Assembly: GCA_026985075.1 (NCBI GenBank)
Contig: JALSQX010000020.1
Location: forward strand, 158,966 to 222,965
Length of the DNA stretch: 64,000 bases
From: Blastocatellia bacterium
GTDB taxonomy: Bacteria; Acidobacteriota; Blastocatellia; HR10; J050
Reading direction: 5' to 3'
The position numbers and the translations under genes were made by a program. This document shows positions 56,140-64,000 of this stretch, piece after piece; positions within the stretch are counted from its first letter, which is position 1, and the number at the start of each line of letters is the position of its first letter. The notes under the pieces were generated by a model that searched no databases, was not told where the DNA came from, and saw only the letters and a list, made by a program, of their open reading frames with translations.

Positions 56140-57351
56140 TCATTTTCCCGGGGCGATGGTGATCTCTCCTCGGGCCAGCGCCCGGGCATAGGTGCTGGTC
56201 AATGTTCTGAGGAACGCCTCCAGATCGTTCATCTCCTGTTCGGTCAGATGAAGCTCGATGATGCCCCCGTCGAGGTTGGGATTCGGTTCGCCGCCTTTGT
56301 TGTAGAATTCGATGACCTCGCGCAACGTCTTCATGCTTCCATCGTGCATGTAGGGACCGGTCAACGCGACATCCCGGAGCGGCGGCGTCTTGAAGGCGCC
56401 CACGTCCTTAGGCTGTCGCGTGACGAGGAAGCGTCCCAATTCGGAGAAGCCTTCGGCGAGCGAGAGCTTATCGAGTTCGGCCGCGGTGAGCTCTCCACGT
56501 TCGGCCAGTTGCTGCACGCGCCGGGCGAGCGTCTCGAAGTTCTTCGTCGCTTTCATGCCCACGCCGATATTGTGATATTTGAAATCGGTGAAGAACGGCG
56601 ACGAAGGGTTGAACTCGTGACAGGTGATGCAGCGTGCTTTCCCTTTGAACAGTTCCCAGCCCCGTTTGGCCGCCGCGCTGATCGCCTTCTCATCCCCAGC
56701 GATGAACCGGTCGAACGGAGCATCGCCCGACAGTTGAGTCCGTTCGAAGGCGGCGATGGCCTGGACGATATGATCGATGGTGATGGGATCTGTGCCCCCG
56801 AACACTTCTCGAAACCGCTTCACATACTCGGGGATCTGTTTGAGCTTGGCGACCACGGCCTCGTGCGAGGGCATGGCCATCTCCACCGGATTGACGAGAG
56901 GCTGCTTAGCTTGATCTTCGAGCGTCTTGGCCCGCCCATCCCAGAACTGCTCTTCGTTGAACATGGCGTTGAGAATGGTGGGCGCATTTCGCGCTCCTTT
57001 CTTTCCTCCCACTCCCTCGGAGACCGGCTTCCCATCGGTGAAGGCGCGCCGCGGATCGTGACAGGTCGCACAACTGACGGTGTTATCGGCAGACAAACGG
57101 GTATCGAAATAGAGGGCCTTGCCGAGGGCGACTTTGGCCTCGGTCATGGGATTGTCCTCGGGGATCATCAATTCCCATAAATCGGCGGGAATGCCGAGAG
57201 GGAACGTCATCTGGAATTCTTTCGCCTGACCGGCCGCCCACGCCGGCCAGGAGAGCGAACCCGGAGAGCGCCCGGATGAAGTCCCCAGGAGGGCGATCAG
57301 TCCCATGACGAGCATCACCATCTTCACCCTGCGGAGAGATCGTCGTCTCAT
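56140..57351 (-). CDS. Diheme cytochrome c peroxidase / MauG family protein
   Basis: SCATCH, RNAPT, QFWDGR, CITCH, FKTPPLR, PYMHDG; N-terminal signal. Confidence 0.92.
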   Translation of the reverse strand: MRRRSLRRVKMVMLVMGLIALLGTSSGRSPGSLSWPAWAAGQAKEFQMTFPLGIPADLWELMIPEDNPMTEAKVALGKALYFDTRLSADNTVSCATCHDPRRAFTDGKPVSEGVGGKKGARNAPTILNAMFNEEQFWDGRAKTLEDQAKQPLVNPVEMAMPSHEAVVAKLKQIPEYVKRFREVFGGTDPITIDHIVQAIAAFERTQLSGDAPFDRFIAGDEKAISAAAKRGWELFKGKARCITCHEFNPSSPFFTDFKYHNIGVGMKATKNFETLARRVQQLAERGELTAAELDKLSLAEGFSELGRFLVTRQPKDVGAFKTPPLRDVALTGPYMHDGSMKTLREVIEFYNKGGEPNPNLDGGIIELHLTEQEMNDLEAFLRTLTSTYARALARGEITIAPGK

Positions 57352-57457
57352 CGCTTCATCCCCTTCACCGCATCGACGAGCCGCGGCACCAACGCCGATT
57401 CCGCGTTGCTCCATCGACGCGTCTTCTGGTACGTTTTTTCCTCGTTCTTCACTGGGT

Positions 57458-57529
57458 TATCACAACTGACGGCGCGTTTTATTCCCGAAAAATTTCTTCG
57501 GGGAATAATCGGGCGCTTCGATTGTGATA
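57458..57529. promoter_or_regulatory. Back-to-back ECF-type promoter motifs GGGAATAA-N13-TTGTGATA on both strands
   Basis: Plus strand 57501-08 and 57522-29; minus strand 57486-79 and 57465-58; identical boxes and spacing. Confidence 0.78.
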
Positions 57530-57593
57530 CTGGGTGAGGGGTGCTTCTCCTCGTCGCCACCGACGAGGGCAGTGATCGTTGAGCGAGAAAGGG

Positions 57594-58154
57594 ATGATCC
57601 AGCACGAGGCGGAGCCACTGAAGTCACGAAATGTCGATCAGGAGGTGCTGGCATACCTCGACGCCCTCTATGGCTATGCGATGTCATTGGTGCGAAATCC
57701 AACCGAAGCCGAGGATCTGGTGCAAGAAGCCTGCTTGCGAGCCCTCAAAAGCGCCCGGCGACATCCTCCCACCGGCGATCTGAAAGCGTGGCTGTTCACT
57801 ATCTTGCGCAACCTGTGGATCAACCACCAGAGACGGCGGCAGCGCGGACCCGAGTTCATCTCTCTGGGCGCTGAGAGCGACGAACAGGAACTCCCTCTGG
57901 ACGGGATGACCGATCACCGACATCGTCCGGACCGACTGCTGGACCGCAGCTTGCTTCAAGCGAACATTCGAGCCGCCATCGAGAGCCTTCCGGCCATCTT
58001 CCGCGAAATCATTCTCCTGCGTTACGTGGAGGGATTCAGCTACAACCAGATCGCCGGCATTCTTGGCTGCCCGGCGGGAACGGTGATGTCGCGTCTCAAT
58101 CGGGCTCGGGCGGCGCTTCGTCAACGACTGTTGGTCAGTGACCGAGGACCATGA
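57594..58154 (+). CDS. ECF sigma factor
   Basis: Region 2 EAEDLVQE...WLFTILRN; region 4 YNQIAGILGCPAGTVMSRLNRAR. Confidence 0.95.
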   Translation: MIQHEAEPLKSRNVDQEVLAYLDALYGYAMSLVRNPTEAEDLVQEACLRALKSARRHPPTGDLKAWLFTILRNLWINHQRRRQRGPEFISLGAESDEQELPLDGMTDHRHRPDRLLDRSLLQANIRAAIESLPAIFREIILLRYVEGFSYNQIAGILGCPAGTVMSRLNRARAALRQRLLVSDRGP

Positions 58155-59008
58155 CTGGTGAGGGAGAGGCAACGGTGAGCGATCACGTCATCGACCACAT
58201 CACGCTCTATCTGGACGACGAGCTGCAGGAGGAAGAGCGCGTCGCCTTCGAGGCGCACGTCCATCAGTGCCCCGAGTGTTGGGCGCGGCTGGAGGAGGAG
58301 CGTGAATTGGTGATGGCGATTCGCCAGGCTGCCGCGCCGCCTTGCGCTCCCCAATATTTGCGAGCGCGCATTGAAGCCATGCTCGGCCGCTCGTCGCTCA
58401 GGGATGGTGTGAGGAATATTCGTCTCTGGCTTCCCCTCGCCGCAGCGGCCATGGTGATCATGAGCGTGATGGCGTGGCTGGCGATGCGATCTGGCCCTCG
58501 CTCCACCGCTCAACCCTCCGCTTTCGCCCGCCTGGCTGTGGATACCCACCAGAGATACACGCGCGGCCAACTCCCGCTGGAGATCACCAGCCGTTCGCCA
58601 CAGGAGATCTCCAACTGGTTTGCCGGGAAGCTCCCCTTCAATCTCAAGCTCCCGGACTACCCCGAAGGCCCCGGTCAGTCGAAGCCCTACGAGGTGGTGG
58701 GTGCGCGACTGATCGGATTCCAGCAGGATTACGCGGCGTACGTGGCCTATCGCCTGCGCCAACGCCCCATCTCGCTCCTGGTGACCTCCGAGACGGTCGC
58801 CCAACCCACCGGCGGCGAGGAGATCGCCTGGCGGGGATTGCGATTTCACTTTGACGCCATCGACGGCTGGAAAGTGCTCACCTGGTCAGATAACGGCCTC
58901 ACCTATGCCCTGGTGTCCGACTTCGAGGAACGCGGCCAAGCCTCCTGTATCGTGTGCCATCCCGGAGCGCAGGATCGGCCAATGCTGGAGGGATTGAATC
59001 GGCGATGA
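58151..59008 (+). CDS. Transmembrane ZAS anti-sigma factor with C-terminal CxxCH
   Basis: HVHQCPEC (Hx3Cx2C), one TM, periplasmic domain with GARL...W...GLTYALVSD, then CIVCH; ATGA overlap with the sigma stop. Confidence 0.9.
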   Translation: MTGEGEATVSDHVIDHITLYLDDELQEEERVAFEAHVHQCPECWARLEEERELVMAIRQAAAPPCAPQYLRARIEAMLGRSSLRDGVRNIRLWLPLAAAAMVIMSVMAWLAMRSGPRSTAQPSAFARLAVDTHQRYTRGQLPLEITSRSPQEISNWFAGKLPFNLKLPDYPEGPGQSKPYEVVGARLIGFQQDYAAYVAYRLRQRPISLLVTSETVAQPTGGEEIAWRGLRFHFDAIDGWKVLTWSDNGLTYALVSDFEERGQASCIVCHPGAQDRPMLEGLNRR

Positions 59009-59057
59009 TCCGACGATGACATCTCTTATGTCTCGCCCACCGTCGAGCTGAAAAAAC

Positions 59058-59084
59058 CACCGCGGAGGCACAGAGAACGCAGAG
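59058..59084. repeat. Single copy of a dispersed CACCGCAGAG/CAGAG-type intergenic repeat
   Basis: CACCGCGGAGGCACAGAGAACGCAGAG with 9-nt CAGAG periodicity, between convergent genes. Confidence 0.45.
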
Positions 59085-59178
59085 ATCCTGCAACAGGCTC
59101 TTTTCATCCCCTCGATGTGGCTCGAGCGCGCCATAGGCGACTCCCTCGATGGTCACAGACGGAGAGCGCCTCTATTCG

Positions 59179-62100
59179 TCATTGGAACGCCACGGAGGAT
59201 GGACGAGGCTTCTCTGAAGCCGTCACCGGCGACTGGGGAGTGGCCGGAGAACGCGACGGGCTGCGAAGTCGTCCGATGCCTCGTCGCTCCCACTTGAGAT
59301 ACTGAGTGGCGACGGCGTGAATTTTCTGGCCGGTGAGCTGATGAAGCCGCTCGGCGTAATGCTCGACGTCAACCGGGCGCTCACCGAGGAAGACGTGCCG
59401 CGCGTAAGCGAGTACGCGGGCCGGATGGGCTTGCAGGCGATCGCGCTGAGCGCCGATGGCGGCATTGATGCCCAACGTCACCATTTCCTCTTCGATGGGA
59501 CCGGCCACCAGCCACTGCAGGTGACGCTGTACCTCAGCGAGCACTTCTGCTTCATCGGTCGCACTCGGCGTCATCCAAACGAAAAAGGCGCTGGCCAGCG
59601 CGCGGGGATCGAACCGGGCGCCCACCCGATAAGCCCATCCGTGGCGATCGCTCAACGACGCGGTCAATCGACCGCCGGGTCCAACGAGGATCTGCTCGAT
59701 GACGTCGAAAATCTCTCGCTCGACGACTTGATGAGCGGGCACGAGGAATCCGATGGCCAGCGCTGGCATCCGAGACGTCGCCGTCTGCTGGCGAGGAGCG
59801 GGTTGGAGTTGAGGAATCCGGGCGCGAAACGTCCGTTGAATCTCGCGGCGATGAAACTGGCGAGCGATGATCGTCGAGATGAGCGTCGATCCATCGGTAT
59901 CTCCTACGACGATCACCAGCGGATATTGACGGCCGATCGTCTGACGGTGCCAGTCTCGCAACCGCTCGGGCGTCAGTTGCTCGACGGTCTCCACCCGTCC
60001 CCATGGAGGCACGCTATAGCTATGCTCACCGACCAGTGCGCGCCAGGCCAGATCGACCGGTCGGGGGGAGCGATGGCGGAGTTCGTAAAGGAGTTCGGCG
60101 CGGGCCCGCTCGACCTCGGCCTCGTCAAACAGGGGGCGTTCCACAATGTCGACGAGCAACTGCAAGGCCTGATCCTGATTGCGCGATAAGACGTGGAGGA
60201 TGAACCCGAAGAAATCCGGCTCGTTCACCCATTGGAGTTCACCGCCTAACTGCTCCAGCTTCATGATCACCTGTCCGGCCGGGAGCGTCACTTCCTGGCC
60301 GCGTTTCAGCTCCTCTCCGGTTTGATAATCCCAGTGGCTCTTGACGCCGCGCCACATGGTGCGCAACATGAGCTCGGTAATGCCATAGTTAGTGGCATCT
60401 TCGAATAAGCGCCCTCCATGAAAAAAGAGGCCCATGGCGATGGTGGGACGCGATTGATCGACGCGCACGTAGGCGCGCGCTCCGTGCAGCACCGAATAAT
60501 TACGGATCGGCTCCGGCTGCGGAGAGAAGATCACCGCCTCCAGTTCCTCACCCGGTCGCCGGCGCTGTCCCTGCCGAATGAGGGGCACGGCCGGCGCCCG
60601 CTTCGCCCGAGCCGCCGAGATCGCTTCATCAAGGCCGGGAACTTTGCTCGCGATCCACTGAGCGAACGTCTCACCGGTCACTCCCTGGGCGGCGACCCGC
60701 CGAGGTAAAACTTCATAGACCGTCGTCCGGGAGAGCGTCAAATACCGGGCCGCTGCGCGGCGTACCTGCTCGGCGGTCACGGCGCGCATCCGTTCCAGGA
60801 CGCGGTCAGCCTCTCGGTAATCGCCGACGGTTGCTTCAGCGACGGCCAGATCTTCGGCCTCTTGCTCCAGACGGGCGCGCCGATCATAAAAGGCGTGCTC
60901 CAGGAGCGCTTGAGCGCGCTGAAGCTCGCCCGGAGAGAGAATCTCGCGCCGCAGGCGCTGAATGGCTTCGAAGAAGACAATTTCAGCCTGGTTGAGATTG
61001 TCCGGAGGCACGCGAAGTTGAAACGTCCACAGCTCCCTGTTGCCGAACTCGATCCTCCGCATGAAGATCTCGCGGACGAGGGGATTGGTTTCCTGAAGCG
61101 CCCAGCGCAATCGCGCCCCGCGACCCGTCATGAGCACCGCCGCCAAGACATCGAGTGCCGGACGATCCGCCGTTCTCACTTCATCGAACCAATAGCCGAT
61201 ATTGAGCAGAGCGGGATCGATCTCGGCGATGCGCTGAGCATACCGGAGTTGCTCTCTGGCCGGCTGCTCGCCCGCCGCCGCCTCCCTCGCTTCCCCACTC
61301 GACTTGGATTTCTGAGCCGTCGATGGCATCTGGTGAGGCTTCTCGCCCCGCTCCTCATCCCCCCTCTCCAGGCCGGGACGCACCGGCCATCCCCCATAGG
61401 CGCGCTGGATCGTCTCCAGGACGGCGAACGGACTGATCGCTCCGACGATGCTGATGACTACGTTCTCCGGCCGATAGCGCGATCGGTAGAAGTCGAGAAC
61501 CTGATCCCGCGTTATCGAGCGCACCTCGCCCCCACCGAGAGCGCGGTCGGCGAGACGATCGCGGAGGATCAACTCCACGAGCGCGGCTTGAGCCCAAACA
61601 GAGGGGGCGGCGAACTCACTCTGACGCTCCTTCTGCATCAATCGAGCCTGACGCTGGACGACCTCCGGCTCGAACAGCGGATGTTGGAGGATGTCTGCCA
61701 GAATCTCAATGGCCGATGTGGCTTTCTCCGGGGAGAGGACGAGCCGATAGCTCGTATACTCGCTGGCGGTGCGCGTCTGAATGACGGCGCCCAGCGCTCG
61801 CAACGCGCGCGCCGCTTGAGATCCCGGACGGGCAGTCGTACCCTGCCAGAGGAGGCGGGCGACCAGCTCGGCGACACCTCGCGCTGAAGCGGGCTCATCC
61901 TGTCGCCCCGCCCGGACGACGGCGGTGATGGCCACCAGCGGCAGGGCGTATTTCTCGCGCACGATGAGGGTGAGTCCGTTGCTCAACGCGAATCGGCTGG
62001 TGGCCGTCCTGGGATCGAGTTCGCGTTTCTTGATCTCACCGCCTGGAGGAATAGGCGCCGACGGCCGCGTCGGCGACGGCTTCTCGGGCGGTTTGGTGGG

Positions 62101-62298
62101 CGGTTTCTTCGTCTCAGTGGGCGGTGGCCTTCGCCGAGTCGGGCGCCGACGGCCACTCTGCGGCCAGCTCCCGGCGGGGAGAACGAGAGCGAACACGATG
62201 AGAAGCGCGACGCCGAGCGTGAGCGTTCTCTTCACCCCCTGAAAAATGGAGCGCACGATGCTATCTTGCGCCACGTCTCTCAACGAGTTCATCCTCAT
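59179..62298 (-). CDS. Exported M16 (pitrilysin) family protein, four domains, no HxxEH
   Basis: LSNGLTL, P.V.....V.AG..DE, ITRDQVLDFY...YRPEN....IVG M16 motifs occurring twice; signal-like segment and Pro-rich linker; start uncertain. Confidence 0.85.
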   Translation of the reverse strand: MRMNSLRDVAQDSIVRSIFQGVKRTLTLGVALLIVFALVLPAGSWPQSGRRRPTRRRPPPTETKKPPTKPPEKPSPTRPSAPIPPGGEIKKRELDPRTATSRFALSNGLTLIVREKYALPLVAITAVVRAGRQDEPASARGVAELVARLLWQGTTARPGSQAARALRALGAVIQTRTASEYTSYRLVLSPEKATSAIEILADILQHPLFEPEVVQRQARLMQKERQSEFAAPSVWAQAALVELILRDRLADRALGGGEVRSITRDQVLDFYRSRYRPENVVISIVGAISPFAVLETIQRAYGGWPVRPGLERGDEERGEKPHQMPSTAQKSKSSGEAREAAAGEQPAREQLRYAQRIAEIDPALLNIGYWFDEVRTADRPALDVLAAVLMTGRGARLRWALQETNPLVREIFMRRIEFGNRELWTFQLRVPPDNLNQAEIVFFEAIQRLRREILSPGELQRAQALLEHAFYDRRARLEQEAEDLAVAEATVGDYREADRVLERMRAVTAEQVRRAAARYLTLSRTTVYEVLPRRVAAQGVTGETFAQWIASKVPGLDEAISAARAKRAPAVPLIRQGQRRRPGEELEAVIFSPQPEPIRNYSVLHGARAYVRVDQSRPTIAMGLFFHGGRLFEDATNYGITELMLRTMWRGVKSHWDYQTGEELKRGQEVTLPAGQVIMKLEQLGGELQWVNEPDFFGFILHVLSRNQDQALQLLVDIVERPLFDEAEVERARAELLYELRHRSPRPVDLAWRALVGEHSYSVPPWGRVETVEQLTPERLRDWHRQTIGRQYPLVIVVGDTDGSTLISTIIARQFHRREIQRTFRARIPQLQPAPRQQTATSRMPALAIGFLVPAHQVVEREIFDVIEQILVGPGGRLTASLSDRHGWAYRVGARFDPRALASAFFVWMTPSATDEAEVLAEVQRHLQWLVAGPIEEEMVTLGINAAIGAQRDRLQAHPARVLAYARHVFLGERPVDVEHYAERLHQLTGQKIHAVATQYLKWERRGIGRLRSPSRSPATPQSPVTASEKPRPSSVAFQ

Positions 62299-62598
62299 CC
62301 CCTCGGCGTGGCCCATAGGGTCATGGGTGAGTCCTTTGATCGGTGCTCGCCGGGACGTTCTCCCAGGCCTCGACCGGCGGCTCGGGTCGAACAGCCAGCG
62401 GATCAAAAGTGGGGAAGTATTGGCGGCGCTGCGCCGTTTGGAATTAATGCCCACACCCTAATTGTACCTTTTGGATGAGCGCGGGTCCAGGTGGGCATAT
62501 TCGCCGGATGCATCAATCAAACATTGGGATCTCCTCATTCGAGCGAGGAGGACCATGATCACCGGAGAGCAGCCCTCAGGGCAATGAGCCCCTCCTGC

Positions 62599-63123
62599 TC
62601 AGAAGCGATAAACCACGCCGCCCACCCGCCTACTCAACAGATGCTGAGGAGAACCCGGCAAAGGATAGTAGGGCGTCTCCCCCGTCCGAATGATCTCGTC
62701 GCGCGCTTCCAGCCGCACTCCCAGACGTTCCCGGAAGAAATATTTGATCCCCCCACCCGGTCGGATCACCCATTGGCTCGGAATCTCCGTGGGATCGGTC
62801 GATGTCTTTCCCACGCCCGCCGTGCCGTAGGGAATCGCTCGATGCGTCTCGCTCTGGGAGCGGAAATGATAGACGACGGCCACTTGCGCCCCGATGAAAT
62901 CGTCTCCCTCGATCCAGAACAACTCCAGGGCCCCTTCCACCGCCAGATGATCGGTGAGACTCCTGGTGTAGGCCAATGTCGCGACGGGAATGGAAATGCT
63001 CTGTCCATCGCTCGCCAGACCACCACCGCCCGCCGTCACGCTCACTTCATTTCGCTGCGCCCAGACGCTCATTGGGAGCATCATGAACAACCAGCACATC
63101 GCAAAGATGAATGTCCGCATCAT
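62599..63123 (-). CDS. Small outer-membrane beta-barrel protein
   Basis: Signal VWA-Q, PYGTAGVG, GGGIKYF, GVRLEARD, terminal YRF. Confidence 0.82.
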   Translation of the reverse strand: MMRTFIFAMCWLFMMLPMSVWAQRNEVSVTAGGGGLASDGQSISIPVATLAYTRSLTDHLAVEGALELFWIEGDDFIGAQVAVVYHFRSQSETHRAIPYGTAGVGKTSTDPTEIPSQWVIRPGGGIKYFFRERLGVRLEARDEIIRTGETPYYPLPGSPQHLLSRRVGGVVYRF

Positions 63124-63316
63124 CCCTCCTCATGCCCCATCTGTTGAGAGAACACGATCCTCCATGCTCGATGTCTCACACCTGCTATCGCTAACCGGCT
63201 TGAAGAGAATACAGAAACCGTTCAGTTCGATTATGACCCCTGCCCCAGTATCACTCTTCAGAGGGCCACTCACTCACTGCACTTCCCGGTGAGCATCATG
63301 CCCGGATTTTCCTCCC

Positions 63317-63937
63317 TCAACTGGGCCGCCGGGTCGTATAGGAGATCCTCACCGCTTCGATCCGCACCTCCCCCGGATTGGTATCCTGCGGATTGTCCTC
63401 AGCCTGCCGCCCAAGCTGAATGGTGAGCAGCTTCGACCCCGCCAGGACCGGATCAACCGTCGTCCCGAATACTGCCCGATACAGACCACCACCGCTGGCC
63501 TCCACAGGCTGATCCACCGGAGCGAGGGTGATCTCGCCTCCCTCCCCCACGGCGCGCAACACGAAGTTCAGGACGACAGTCCCCGGCGGCGAGGGAAGGG
63601 GGAAAGAGCCCACCGAGAACCACACCTCCACCCTCAGTCGCTGATTGAATTGCAGATCGGGCGGCGTAGCCACGGTCTGGGTGATGAAGCTGTCTTCCCC
63701 CGGAGGGAACACGACGCCTGGCCTGTGGAGCGGGACGCCGCGAAAGGTCTCCACAGATAGACTCTCAATCGATGCGCCCCCGCTCGGCACCCCCACCGTC
63801 ACGCTGAACGGGATGAGTTTCTTTTGTCCCCCAGCGCTCCCCTGATCATCAAGGCTCTGGCCGCTCGCCACCCAGACCAGCAAAACCAGAATGACGCTGA
63901 TTGCACCAAACCATACGCTCCTGGAATACCGTCTCAT
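63317..63937 (-). CDS. Hypothetical exported beta-rich protein
   Basis: Signal peptide ending ASG-Q, GAGGAG upstream, alternating beta-strand patterns. Confidence 0.6.
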   Translation of the reverse strand: MRRYSRSVWFGAISVILVLLVWVASGQSLDDQGSAGGQKKLIPFSVTVGVPSGGASIESLSVETFRGVPLHRPGVVFPPGEDSFITQTVATPPDLQFNQRLRVEVWFSVGSFPLPSPPGTVVLNFVLRAVGEGGEITLAPVDQPVEASGGGLYRAVFGTTVDPVLAGSKLLTIQLGRQAEDNPQDTNPGEVRIEAVRISYTTRRPS

Positions 63938-64000
63938 AGGCTTCTCCTCATCGCATGTGTTCTGACCCGCCTTACATCCCCACCTCCGGCAATGATCCTC

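Overview
This is a GC-rich (roughly 60%) bacterial chromosome segment. The gene repertoire suggests Acidobacteriota (inference from the mfd-SurA linkage, the 'MFE..LLES' TonB, a carboxypeptidase-regulatory-like protein and the ACIII-caa3 operon). No rRNA, tRNA, transposase or cas gene was recognised. Contents, left to right: a two-component pair; a cluster of apparently exported amidase/peptidases (amidase, M20, M55, tricorn S41); an aldo/keto reductase; a very large polytopic membrane protein with a short direct-repeat pair on each side; fadJ; mfd-surA-pyrK-pyrD-pyrF; pruA; an Fe-S cluster-handling gene run (erpA-mrp-DUF971-ferredoxin-ferritin-like-radical SAM, then nfuA); a LonC-like protease; TonB; a complete alternative complex III plus SCO and caa3 oxidase operon; an ECF sigma module; an M16 homologue lacking HxxEH; and two exported proteins. 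Two systems stand out. (1) The B12-binding radical SAM gene very probably reads through its TGA as selenocysteine (WFC-U-AEPT followed by a SECIS-like hairpin) and sits inside the Fe-S gene run next to a ferritin-like protein with a Cys tail. (2) An ECF sigma and an anti-sigma with a periplasmic CxxCH motif lie back to back, across mirror-image promoter motifs, with a MauG-type diheme enzyme, an atypical Tat-exported metallophosphoesterase and a SoxA-like monoheme cytochrome. All calls come from reading motifs by eye; no database searches were run.
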